Below, piece after piece: positions 51,501 to 64,000 of a stretch of 64,000 nt of DNA. The position numbers and the translations under genes are program-made. A model generated the notes under the pieces. That model saw nothing but the letters and a program-made list of their open reading frames with translations, searched no databases and was not told where the DNA came from. The stretch comes from Squalus acanthias (Eukaryota). The DNA lies in contig JASTWF010000348.1 in assembly GCA_030390025.1 (NCBI GenBank), positions 62,001-126,000 of the forward strand, in the 5' to 3' direction. How positions within the stretch are numbered: the first letter of the stretch is position 1; every line of letters begins with the position of its first letter.

Positions 51501-53885
51501 ACTCAGAGACTCAGGTCCTGAATTTAAACAAGGGGAATTATGATGCCATTAGACGGGAACTGAGTAGGTCTGATTGGACAACGTTCCTGGGAGGACTGGA
51601 GGTAGATAAACAATGGCAAGCATTTAAAGATAGAATGACAAAATTGCAAAAATTGTTTATACCAATCTGGCATAAAAGGAAATCTAAAAAGGTGACTCAA
51701 CCGTGGATAACAGGGGAAATTAGAGACAGCATAAAATCCAAAGATAGGGCGTATAAAATAGCCAAAAAACGCGCCAGAGCGGAAGATTGGGAACAGTTTA
51801 AGATAGAGCAAAGGAGGGCAAAGGGCTTAATCAAGAAGGGCAAAATAGCTTACGAAAGCAAGCTGGCGGAAAATATAAAAACTAACTCCAAAAGCTTTTA
51901 TAAGTATATCAAGAGGAAAAGACTGGTGAAAACCAAAGTTGGTCCATTGCAGTCAGATACGGGGGAATATATAATGGGAAATAAGGAAATGGCAGACCAA
52001 CTAAATGCATACTTTGGGTCAGTCTTTACGAAGGAAGACACAAAAAACCTCCCTGGGATATCGGGAAAAATAGGGACATTGGCAAAGGAGGAGCTGACGC
52101 AAATCAATATCTCTAAGGATATGGTGTTAAGGAAGCTAAAGGGATTGAAGGCGGACAAATCCCCAGGGCCTGATAACATGCATCCTAGGGTACTGAAGGA
52201 GGTGGCCCTAGAGATAGCGGATGCACTAAGCATGATTTTTCAGAATTCATTAGACTCGGGAACAGTGCCCATGGATTGGAGGGTAGCTAACGTTACCCCA
52301 CTATTCAAAAAGGGGGGTAGGGAAAAAGCAGGTAATTACAGACCTGTAAGCCTTACATCAGTTGTGGGCAAAATGCTGGAGTCCATCATTAAGGATGAAA
52401 TAGCCGAGCACTTAGCAAATGGGGACAGGATAGGACAGAGTCAACATGGATTTACAAAGGGTAAATCGTGCTTGACTAATCTATTGGAATTTTTTGAGGG
52501 AGTAACTGGTAAAATAGATGGGGGAGAGCCAGTAGATGTGGTGTACCTGGACTTCCAAAAGGCCTTCGATAAGGTCCCACATAAAAGATTAGCATGGAAA
52601 ATTGAAGCTCATGGGATAAAGGGGAAAGTATTGACGTGGATAGAGAACTGGCTGTCAGATAGAAAACAGAGAGTTGGAATAAACGGCTCATTTTCTGAAT
52701 GGCAGGCAGTAACAAGTGGGGTACCACAGGGATCTGTCCTGGGTCCCCAGCTGTTCACAATTTATATTAATGACCTGGATCAGGGAGTCGAATGCAGCAT
52801 TTCCAAATTTGCAGACGACACTAAACTAGGAGGGGGGGTGGGCTCAGAGGAGGAGACCAGGAAGCTCCAGAGCGATTTGGACAGACTGGGTGATTGGGCG
52901 GATAAATGGCAGATGCACTATAATGTGGACAAGTGCGAAGTTATCCACCTTGGGTGCAGGAACGGGAGGGCAAATTATTATTTAAATGGCAATAAATTGG
53001 GAGAGGGGGAAGTACAGAGAGACCTGGGTGTTCTTGTACACCAGTCACTGAAGGCGAGCATGCAGGTGCAACAGGCGGTCAAGAAGGCAAACGGTATGCT
53101 GGCCTTCATAGCAAAAGGGTTGGAATACAGGAACAGGGATACCTTGCTGCAGCTGTACAGGGCACTGGTGAGACCACACCTCGAGTACTGTGTACAGTTT
53201 TGGTCGCCTCATCTGAGGAAAGATGTTCTTGCCATGGAGGGGGTACAGCGGCGATTCACCAGGCTGATACCAGGAATGGCGGGATTGACCTATGAGGAGA
53301 GACTATGTAGTTTAGGGATGTACACACTGGAGTTTAGAAGATTGAGAGGGGACCTCATAGAAGTGTATAAAATTCTGACAGGTCTAGACAGATTAGATGC
53401 AGAAGGAATGTTTCCCTTGGCGGGTGAGAACAGAACTAGAGGACATAATTTAAGGATAAGGGCTAAACCATTTAGGACAGAAATGAGGGGGAATTTCTTC
53501 ACTCAGAGAGTGGTGAACCTGTGGAACTCATTGCCACAGAGGGCAGTGTACGCCAGCTCATTAAATATATTTAAGAGGGAATTAGATATATTTCTACAGG
53601 CAAAAGGGGTTAAGGGTTACGGAGAGAAGGCGGGGACGGGATACTGAATTGAAGGATCAGCCATGATCTCATTAAATGGCGGAGCAGGCTCGAAGGGCCG
53701 GATGGCCTACTCCTGCTCCTATCTTCTATGTATCTATGTACTTCACTCAGAGGGTGGTAGGTCCATGGAATATGCTGCCACAAAAAGCTGTAGAAGCTAC
53801 AACATTAATTAAATTTAAAACAGAAATAGACAGTTTCCTAGAAGTAAAGGGCATTAAGGGTTACGGGGAGCGGGCAGGAATTTGG
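48552..53885 (+). mobile_element. CR1 LINE (open about 820-aa EN-RT frame) split by a second CR1
   Basis: ORF 48529-51012 breaks at EMRRN and resumes YFTQRVVGPWNMLP at 53739. Confidence 0.93.
51008..53739 (+). mobile_element. Young CR1 with uninterrupted 869-aa ORF2 (5'-truncated in EN)
   Basis: ORF 51038-53647 with VYRPPN, GDFN, SDH, YRPVSLTS, QGSVLGP, FADD; intact 3' UTR and tail. Confidence 0.95.
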
Positions 53886-53924
53886 AGCTTGGGGCAGCGA
53901 CCCTCCGGAGGGGTCCAGTTTGAC

Positions 53925-55396
53925 TCTTGGATCACTGAAAAGACTACACGATAACATAAACAAGTTCCATCCCACCATCAAACTCACTATGGACTACTCC
54001 TCAGAATCGGTCTCATTCCTGGACACACGAATCTCCATCAAAGACGGACACCTCAGCACTTCACTCTACCGCAAGCCCACGGACAACCTCACGATGCTCC
54101 ACTTCTCCAGCTTCCACCCTAACCATGTTAAAGAAGCCATCCCCTATGGACAAGCCCTGCGAATACACAGGATCTGCTCAGACGAGGAGGAACGCGATGG
54201 ACACCTACGGACGCTGAAAAACGCCCTCGTAAGAACGGGATATGACGCTCGACTCATCGATCGACAGTTCCGACGGGCCACAGCGAAAAATCGCATAGAC
54301 CTCCTCAGAAGGCAAACACGGGACACAACCAACAGGGTACCCTACGTCGTCCAGTACTTCCCCGGAGCGGAGAAACTACGACATGTTCTTCGCAGCCTTC
54401 AACATGTCATCGATGACGACAAACACCTCGCTAAGGCCATCCCCACGCCTCCACTACTTGCCTTCAAACAGCCGCCTAACCTCAGAAGTACCATCGTTCG
54501 CAGCAAATTACCCAGCTTTCAGGATAACAGCGACCACGACACCACACAACCCTGCCATGGCAAACTCTGCAAGACATGCCAGATCATCAACACAGATACC
54601 ACCATCACACGTGAGGACACTACCCACCAGGTACATGGTACATACTCATGTGACTCGGCCAACGTTGTCTACCTCATACGTTGCAGGAAAGAATGCACCG
54701 CGGCATGGTACATCGGCGAGACCATGCAGACACTGAGACAACGTATGAACGAGCACCGCGCAACAATCGCCAGGCAGGATTGTTCCCTCCCAGTCGGGGA
54801 ACACTTCAGCAGTCAAGGACATTCAGCCTCGGATCTGCGGGTAAGCGTTCTCCAAGGCAACCTTAGAAACACACGACAACGCAAAATCATCGAGCAGAAA
54901 CTGATAGCCAAGTTCTGCACTCATGAAGACGGTCTCAATCGGGATCTTGGGTTTATGTCACGATACATGACGTGATCCGGACTCGAGTCGTCGTTAGCTT
55001 GTTCACAGATGTGATTCCCAGTAAAAAAGTAAAAATTTTCCCAGTAAAAAAGTAAATTTTTTTTTAAAGCTTTTCGTTTTACATACATACGGCAGCTTTT
55101 GACACGTTAGAACCCCTGCGACTTCACCTCATTGTCTCAGTTGTATCTTGCTATGTCTTTTGATGTGGTACCTTCCTGGCTGACTTAATTAACTTTATCA
55201 CACCTCGGCAGATAGTCAGGATGATTTAATTTATTGGTCTGCAATTGTAAAGTACACATGCTTTTTTTTCCATCTATATATGCTCTGACGATTCTGTATC
55301 CAATTTACTTCACCTGAGGAAGGAGCGATAGTTCCGAAAGCTTGTGATTTCAAATAAAACTGTTGGACTATAACCTGGTGTTGTGCGACCTCTCAA
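53925..55396 (+). mobile_element. 5'-truncated Penelope-like element (RT thumb and GIY-YIG endonuclease)
   Basis: ORF 53920-54975: FHPTIKLT...FLDT...LYRKPTD...S.HP...IPYGQALR; C..CKTC; NVVYLIRC...YIGET...LRQRMNEH...GLN. Confidence 0.93.
55310..55347 (+). ncRNA. Minimal hammerhead ribozyme motif in the Penelope 3' terminal repeat
   Basis: tcac-CTGAGGA-a-ggagc(gata)gttcc-GAAA-gc-TT-gtga. Confidence 0.62.
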
Positions 55397-58300
55397 AAGT
55401 GTTTCATGGGACAGTGTAGAGGGAGCTTTACTCTGTATCTAACCCGTGCTGTACCTGCCCTGGGAGTGTTTGATGGGACAGGGTAGGGGGAGCTTTACTC
55501 TGTATCTAAACCATGCTGTACCTGCCCTGGGATTGTTTGAGGGCACCGTGTAAAGGGAACTTTACTCTGTATCTTACCCGTGCTGTACCTGCCCTGGCAG
55601 TGTTTGGTGTGACAGTGTAGAGGGAGCTTTGCTCTGTATCTTACCCGTGCTGTACCTGCCCTGGCAGTGTTTGGTGGGACAGTGTAGAGGGAGCTTTACT
55701 CTGTATCTAACCCGTGCTGTACCTGCCCTGGGAGTGTTTGATGGGACAGTGTAGAGGGAGCTTTACTCTGTATCTAACCCGTGCTGTACCTGCCCTGGGA
55801 GTGTTTCATGGGACAGTGTAGAGGGAGCTTTACTCTGTATCTAACCCGTGCTGTACCTGCCCTGGGAGTGTTTGATGGGACAGGGTAGGGGGAGCTTTAC
55901 TCTGTATCTAAACCATGCTGTACCTGCCCTGGGATTGTTTGAGGGCACCGTGTAAAGGGAACTTTACTCTGTATCTTACCCGTGCTGTACCTGCCCTGGC
56001 AGTGTTTGGTGTGACAGTGTAGAGGGAGCTTTGCTCTTTATCTTACCCGTGCTGTACCTGCCCTGGCAGTGTTTGGTGGGACAGTGTAGAGGGAGCTTTA
56101 CTCTGTATCTAACCCGTGCAGTAACTGCCCTGGGAGTGTTTGATGGGGCAGTGCAGAGGGAGCTTTACTCTGTATCTAACCCGTGCTGTACTTGCCCTGG
56201 GAGTGTTTGATGGGGCAGTGTAGAGAGAGCTTTACTCTCTATCTTACCCGTGCTGTACCTGCCCTGGGAGTGTTTGATGGGACAGTGTAGAGTGAGCTTT
56301 ACTCTGTATCTAACCCGTGCAGTAACTGCCCTGGGAGTGATGGATGGGGCAGTGTAGAGGGAGCTTTACTCTGTATCTAACCCGTGCTGTACCTGCCCTG
56401 GGAGTGTTTGATGGGACAGTGTAGAGGGAGCATTACTCTGTATCTAACCCGTGCTGTACCTGCCCTGGGAGTGTTTGATGGGACAGTGTAGAGGGAGCAT
56501 TACTCTGTATCTAACCCGTGCAGTAACTGCCCTGGGAGTGTTTGATGGGACAGTGTAGAGGGAGCTTTACTCTGAATCTAACCCGTGCTGTACCTGTCCT
56601 GGGAGTGTTTGATTGGACAGTGTGCAGGGAGCTTTACTCTGTATCTAACCTGTGCTGTACCTGCCCTGGGAGTGTTTGATGGGACAGTGTAGAGGGAGCT
56701 TTACTCTGTATCTAACCCGTGCAGTAACTGCCCTGGGAGTGTTTGATGGGACAGTGTAGAGGGAGCTTTACTCTGAATCTAACCCGTGCTGTACCTGTCC
56801 TGGGAGTGTTTGATTGGACAGTGTGCAGGGAGCTTTACTCTGTATCTAACCTGTGCTGTACCTGCCCTGGGAGTGTTTGATGGGACAGTGTAGAGGGAGC
56901 TTTACTCTGTATCTAACCCGTGCTGTACCTGTCCTGGGAGTGTTTGATTGGACGGTGTAGAGTGAGCTTTACTCTGTATCTAACCCGTGCTGTACCTGCC
57001 CTGGGAGTGTTTGATGGGACAGTGTAGAGGGAGCATTACTCTGTATCTAACCCGTGCAGTAACTGCTTGGGAGTGTTTGATGGGACAGTGGAGAGGGAGC
57101 TTTACTCTGTATCTAACTTGTGCTGTACCTGCCCTGGGAGTGTTTGATGGGACAGTGAAGAGGGAGCTTTACTCTGTATCTAACCCGTGCTGTGCCTGCT
57201 CTGGGAATGTTTGATTGGACAGTGCAGAGGGAGCTTTACTCTGTATCTAACCCGTGCTGCACCTGCCCTGGGAGTGTTTGATGGGACAGTGCAGAGGGAG
57301 CTTTACTCTGTATCTAACCCGTGCTGTACCTGCCCTGGGAGTGTTTGATGCGACAGTGTACAGGGAGCTTTACTCTGTATCTAACCCGTGCAGTAACTGC
57401 CCGGGGAGTGTTGGATGGGGCAGTGTAGAGGGAGCTTTACTCTGTATCTAACCCGTGCTGTACCTGCCCTGGGAGTGTTTGATGGGACAGTGTAGAGGGA
57501 GCTTTACTCTGCATCTAACCCGTGCTGTACCTGTCCTGGGAGTGTTTGATTGGACAGTGTACAGGGAGCTTTACTCTGTATCTAACCTGTGCTGTACCTG
57601 CCCTGGGAGTGTTTGATGGGACAGTGTAGAGGGAGCTTTACTCTGTATCTAACCTGTGCTGTACCTGCCCTGGGAGTGTTTGATGGGATGTGTAGATGGA
57701 GCTTTACTCTGTATCTAACCCGTGCTGTACCTGTCCTGGGAGTGTATGATTGGACAGTGTACAGGTAGCTTTACTCTGTAGCTAACCCGTGCTGTACCTG
57801 CCCTGGGAGTGTTTCATGGGACAGTGTAGAGGGAGCTTTACTCTGTATCTAACCCGTGCTGTACCTGCCCTGGGAGTGTTTGATGGGACAGGGTAGGGGG
57901 AGCTTTACTCTGTATCTAAACCATGCTGTACCTGCCCTGGGATTGTTTGAGGGCACCGTGTAAAGGGAACTTTACTCTGTATCTTACCCGTGCTGTACCT
58001 GCCCTGGCAGTGTTTGGTGTGACAGTGTAGAGGGAGCTTTGCTCTGTATCTTACCCGTGCTGTACCTGCCCTGGCAGTGTTTGGTGGGACAGTGTAGAGG
58101 GAGCTTTACTCTGTATCTAACCCGTGCAGTAACTGCCCTGGGAGTGTTTGATGGGGCAGTGTAGAGGGACCTTTACTCTGTATCTAACCAGTGCTGTACT
58201 TGCCCTGGGAGTGTTTGATGGGGCAGTGTAGAGAGAGCTTTACTCTCTATCTTACCCGTGCTGTACCTGCCCTGGGAGTGTTTGATGGGACAGTGTAGAG

Positions 58301-61300
58301 TGAGCTTTACTCTGTATCTAACCCGTGCAGTAACTGCCCTGGGAGTGATGGATGGGGCAGTGTAGAGGGAGCTTTACTCTGTATCTAACCCGTGCTGTAC
58401 CTGCCCTGGGAGTGTTTGATGGGACAGTGTAGAGGGAGCTTTACTCTGTATCTAACCCGTGCAGTAACTGCCCTGGGAGTGTTTGATGGGACAGTGGAGA
58501 GGGAGCTTTACTCTGTATCTAACCCGTGCTGTACCTGTCCTGGGAGTGTTTGATTGGACAGTGTACAGGGAGCTTTACTCTGTATCTAACCTGTGCTGTA
58601 CCTGCCCTGGGAGTGTTTGATGGGACAGTGTAGAGGGAGCTTTACTCTGTATCTAACCTGTGCTGTACCTGCCCTGGGAGTGTTTGATGGGATGTCTAGA
58701 TGGAGCTTTACTCTGTATCTAACCCGTGCTGTACCTGTCCTGGGAGTGTATGATTGGACAGTGTACAGGTAGCTTTACTCTGTAGCTAACCTGTGCTGTA
58801 CCTGCCCTGGGAGTGTTTCATGGGACAGTGTAGAGGGAGCTTTACTCTGTATCTAACCCGTGCTGTACCTGCCCTGGGAGTGTTTGATGGGACAGTGTAG
58901 GGGGAGCTTTACTCTGTATCTAAACCATGCTGTATCTGCCCTGGGAGTGTTTGAGGGCACCGTGTAAAGGGAACTTTACTCTGTATCTTACCCGTGCTGT
59001 ACCTGCCCTGGCAGTGTTTGGTGTGACAGTGTAGAGGGAGCTTTGCTCTGTATCTTACCCATGCTGTACCTGCCCTGGCAGTGTTTGGTGGGACAGTGTA
59101 GAGGGAGCTTTACTCTGTATCTAACCCGTGCAGTAACTGCCCTGGGAGTGTTTGATGGGGCAGTGTAGAGGGAGCTTTACTCTGTATCTAACCAGTGCTG
59201 TACTTGCCCTGGGAGTGTTTGATGGGGCAGTGTAGAGAGAGCTTTACTCTCTATCTTACCCGTGCTGTACCTGCCCTGGGAGTGTTTGATGGGACAGTGT
59301 AGAGTGAGCTTTACTCTGTATCTAACCCGTGCAGTAACTGCCCTGGAAGTGATGGATGGGGCAGTGTAGAGGGAGCTTTACTCTGTATCTAACCCGTGCT
59401 GTACCTGCCCTGGGAGTGTTTGATGGGACAGTGTAGAGGGAGCATTACTCTGTATCTAACCCATGCAGTAACTGCCCTGGGAGTGTTTGATGGGACAGTG
59501 TAGAGGGAGCTTTACTCTGTATCTAACCCGTGCTGTACCTGTCCTGGGAGTGTTTGATTGGACAGTGTACAGGGAGCTTTACTCTGTATCTAACCTGTGC
59601 TGTACCTGCCCTGGGAGTGTTTGATGGGACAGTGTAGAGGGAGCTTTATTCTGTATCTAACCTGTGCTGTACCTGCCCTGGGAGTGTTTGATGGGACAGT
59701 GTAGAGGGAGCTTTACTCTGTATCTAACCCGTGCTGTACCTGTCCTGGGAGTGTTTGATTGGACGGTGTAGAGTGAGCTTTACTCTGTATCTAACCCGTG
59801 CTGTAACTGCCCTGGGAGTGTTTGATCGGACAGTGTAGAGGGAGCATTACTCTTTATCTAACCCGTGCAGTAACTGCCCTGGGAGTGTTTGATGGGACAG
59901 TGGAGAGGGAGCTTTACTCTGTATCTAAACCATGCTGTACCTGCCCTGGGATTGTTTGAGGGCACCGTGTAAAGGGAACTTTACTCTGTATCTTACCCGT
60001 GCTGTACCTGCCCTGGCAGTGTTTGGTGGGACAGTGTAGAGGGAGCTTTACTCTGTATCTAACCCGTGCAGTAACTGCCCTGGGAGTGTTTGATGGGGCA
60101 GTGTAGAGGGAGCTTTACTCTGTATCTAACCAGTGCTGTACTTGCCCTGGGAGTGTTTGATGGGGCACTGTAGAGAGAGCTTTACTCTCTATCTTACCCG
60201 TGCTGTACCTGCCCTGGGAGTGTTTGATGGGACAGTGTAGAGTGAGCTTTACTCTGTATCTAACCCGTGCAGTAACTGCCCTGGGAGTGATGGATGGGGC
60301 AGTGTAGAGGGAGCTTTACTCTGTATCTAACCCGTGCTGTACCTGCCCTGGGAGTGTTTGATGGACAAAATTGAGAGGTCGCACAACACCAGGTTATAGT
60401 CCAACAGTTTTATTTGAAATCATGTGCCCTGGGAGTGTTTGATGGGACAGTGTAGAGGGAGCTTTACTCTGTATCTAACCCGTGCTGTACTTGCCCTGGG
60501 AGTGTTTGATGGGGCAGTGTAGAGAGAGCTTTACTCTCTATCTTACCCGTGCTGTACCTGCCCTGGGAGTGTTTGATGGGACAGTGTAGAGTGAGCTTTA
60601 CTCTGTATCTAACCCGTGCTGTACCTGCCCTGGGAGTGTTTGATGGGACAGTGTAGAGGGAGCATTACTCTGTATCTAACCCGTGCAGTAACTGCCCTGG
60701 GAGTGTTTGATGGGACAGTGTAGAGGGAGCTTTACTCTGTATCTAACCCGTGCTGTACCTGTCCTGGGAGTGTTTGATTGGACAGTGTACAGGGAGCTTT
60801 ACTCTGTATCTAACCTGTGCTGTACCTGCCCTGGGAGTGTTTGATGGGATCGTGTAGAGGGAGCTTTACTCTGTATCTAACCCGTGCTGTACCTGTCCTG
60901 GGAGTGTTTGATTGGACAGGGTACAGGTAGCTTTACTCTGTAGCTAACTCGTGCTGTACCTGCCGTGGGAGTGTTTGATGGGACAGTGTAGAGGGAGCTT
61001 TACTGTGTATCTAACCCGTGCTGTACCTGCCCTGGCAGTGTTTGATGGGACAGTGCAGAGGGAGCTTTACTCTGTATCTAACCCGTGCTGTACCTGCCCT
61101 GGGAGTGTTTGATGGGACAGTGTAGAGGGAGCTTTACTCTGTATCTAACCCGTGTTGTACCTGCCCTGGGAGTGTTTGATGGGACAGTGTAGGGGGAGCT
61201 TTACTCTGTATCTAACCCGTGCTGTACCAGCCCTGGGAGTGTTTGATGGGACAGTGTAGAGGGAGCTTTACTCTGTACCTAACTTGTGCTATACCTGTCC

Positions 61301-63645
61301 TGGCAGTGTTTGATGGGACAGTGTAGAGGGAGCTTTACTCTGTATATAACCCATGCAGTAACTGCCCTTGGAGTGTTTGGTGGGACAGTGTAGAGGGAGC
61401 TTTACTCTGTATTTAACCCGTTCTGTACCTGCCCTGGGAGTGTTTGATGGGACAGTGTAGAGGGAGCTTTACTCTGTATCTAACCCGTGCTGTACCTGCC
61501 CTGGGAGTGTTTGATGGGACAGTGTAGAGGGAGCTTTACTCTGTATCTAACCCGTGCTGTACCTGCCCTGGGAGTGTTTGATGGGACAGTGTAGAGGGAG
61601 CTTTACTCTGTATCTAACCCTTGCTGTACCTGCCCTGCGAGTGTTTGATGGAATAGTGTAGAGGGAGCTTTACTCTGTATATAACCCATGCAGTAACTGC
61701 CCTTGGAGTGTTTGGTGGGACAGTGTAGAGGGAGCTTTACTCTGTATTTAACCCGTTCTGTACCTGCCCTGGGAGTGTTTGATGGGACAGTGTAGAGGGA
61801 GCTATACTCTGTATCTAACCCGTGCTGTTCCTGCCCTGTGAGTGTTTGATGGGGCAGTGTAGAGGGAGCTTTAATCTGTATCTAACCCGTGCTGTACCTG
61901 CCCTGGGAGTGTTTGATGGGACAGTGTAGAGGGAGCTTTACTCTGTATCTAACCCGTGCTGTACCTGCACTGGGAGTGTTTGATGGGACAGTGTAGAGGG
62001 AGCTTTACTCTGCATCTAACCCGTGATGTACCTGCCCTGGGAGTGTTTGATGGGACAGTGTAGAGGGAGCTTTACTCTGTATCTAACTTGTGCTGTAGCT
62101 GCCCTGGGAGTGTTTGATGGGACATGTAGAGGGAGCTTTACTCTGTATCTCACCCGTGCTGTCCCTGCCCTGAGAGTGTTTGATGGAACAGTGTAGAGGG
62201 AGCTTTACTCTGTATCTAACCGATGCAGTAACTGCCCTGGGAGTGTTTGATGGGACAGTGTAGAGGGAGCTTTACTCTGTACCTAACCCGCGCTGTACCT
62301 GCCCTGGGAGTGTTTGATGGGGCAGTGGAGAGGGAGCTTTACGCTGTATCTACCCCGTGCTGTACCTGCCCTGGGAGTGTTTGATGCGGCAGTGTAGAGG
62401 GAGCTTTACTTTGTATCTAACCCGTGCTCTCCCTGCCCTGGGAGTGTTTGATGGGACAGTGTAGAGGGAGCATTACTCTGTATCTAACCCGTGCAGTAAC
62501 TGCCCTGGGAGTGTTTGATGGGACAGTGTAGAGGGAGCTTTACTCTGTATCTAACCCGTGCTGTACCTGTCGTGGGAGAGTTTGATTGGACAGTGTACAT
62601 GGAGCTTTACTCTTATTCTAACCTGTGCTGTACCTGCCCTGGGAGTTTTTGATGGGACAGTGTACAGGTAGCTTTACTCTGTAGCTAACCCGTGCAGTAC
62701 TTGCCGTGGCAGTGTTTGATGGGACAGTGTAGAGGGAGCTTTACTGTGTATCTAACCCGTGGTGTACCTGCCCTGGCAGTGTTTGATGGGACAGTGTAGA
62801 GGGAGCTTTACTCTGTATCTAACCTGTGCTGTACCTGCCCTGGGAGTTTTTGATGGGACAGTGCAGAGGGAGATTTACTCTGTATCTAACCTGTGCTGCA
62901 CCTGCCCTGGGAATGTTTGATGGGACAGTTTAGAGGGAGCTTTACTCTGTATCTAACCCGTGCTGTACCTGCCCTGGGCGTGTTTGATGGGATAGTGTAG
63001 AGGGAGCTTTACACTGTATCTGTCCCGTGCTGTACCTGCCCTGGGAGTGTTTGATGGGACAGTGTAGAGGGAGCTTTACTCTGTATCTAACCCGTGCTGT
63101 ACCTGCCCTGGGAGTGTTTGATGGGACAATGTAAAGAAGTTTACTCTGTATCTAACCCGTGCTGTACCTGCCCTGGGAGTGTTTGATGGGACAGTGTAGA
63201 GGGAGCTTTACTCTGTATCTAACCCGTGCTGTACCTGCCCTGGGAGTGTTTGATGGGGCAGTGTAGAGGGAGCTTTACTCTGTATCTCACCCGTGCTGTA
63301 CCTGCCCTGGGAGTGTTTGATAGGACAGTGTAGAGGGAGCTTTACTCTGTTTTTAACCCGTGCAGTAACTGCCCTGGGAGTGTTTGATGGGACAGTGTAG
63401 AGGGAGCTTTACTCTGTATCTAACCCGTGCTGTACCTGCCCTGGGAGTGTTTGATGGGACAGTGTAGAGGGAGCTTTGCTCTGTATCTAACCCGTGCAGT
63501 TACTGCCCTGGGAGTGTTTGATGGGACAGTGTAGAGGGAGCTTTACTCTGTATCTAACCCGTGCTGTACCTGCCCTGGGAGTGTTTGATGGGACAGTGTA
63601 GAGGGAGCTTTACTCTGTATCTAACCCGTGCAGTAACTGCCCTGT
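55397..63645. repeat. 67-bp satellite, right block
   Basis: Same unit and orientation as 42163-48552, with recurrent diagnostic variants forming higher-order blocks. Confidence 0.97.
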
Positions 63646-63712
63646 GTGCGCTCGGTGTTCCCCCGCTCTCTGTATGAAGCAATTTGATATGTCGCCCCGT
63701 CCCTCAGCTTAC

Positions 63713-63874
63713 CTGTAAACGGTGGTCGTTGCTCTGGTTCATTGTGCCAACATTCCTTCATCAGCTCCACCAACTCTTCCAGCTTCTCCACAGATTCCAG
63801 GCTGGGCAGGAGGCTGAGATCCGGCCTTTGATTCTCAGGGATAAGGACCTTGATGATGTCCCGCTGCCGAACTT
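63713..63874 (-). CDS. ripk3: RIPK3-like kinase, internal exon A (kinase subdomains X-XI); upstream exons lie outside the window
   Basis: Acceptor cccctttctcag, donor ACAG|gtaagc; 162 nt, phase 1->1. Translates (x)VRQRDIIKVLIPENQRPDLSLLPSLESVEKLEELVELMKECWHNEPEQRPPFT, a typical RIP-kinase 'RP.L..LP...L..LM..CW..EP..RP.F' C-lobe. Confidence 0.92.
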
Positions 63875-64000
63875 CTGAGAAAGGGGAGCCAATTGAAATC
63901 AGGACCGAGGCCTTCTGAAACAGGCTTCTGTGGGGAAAGAGCCCCGAATAAAGAGGGAAGACTGGTTCCCCCTGAATGGCCAGACCCCTTTAGTTCTGCA

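Overview
Vertebrate, very probably elasmobranch (shark/ray), genomic DNA, judged from HE1-like and Deu-domain SINEs and abundant CR1. The window is mostly repeats. It contains the 3' half of one spliced minus-strand host gene that the ORF track misses. Eight GT-AG exons (63874 down to 13602) join in phase and encode kinase subdomains X-XI, a Ser/Pro-rich linker and a C-terminal RHIM motif (ITILNSNIEGLQIGHGNTMNI). This identifies a RIPK3 (necroptosis kinase) orthologue whose 5' exons lie beyond the window end. Three features of the gene stand out. Asp sits at the position matching the human S227 MLKL-docking phosphosite. A D/G sits in register with the human D328 caspase-8 site. A 1367-nt 18-bp-repeat block with good splice signals could be an alternative exon. 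The introns and flank hold 47-, 45-, 18-, 40- and 67-bp tandem arrays, nested CR1 LINEs, RTE, L2-type and Penelope elements (with minimal hammerhead ribozyme motifs), PIF/Harbinger-type MITEs, a decayed Harbinger transposon and two related solo LTRs. I found no wholly new multi-gene system. Family names and comparisons with human RIPK3 come from recall and manual alignment, not database searches.
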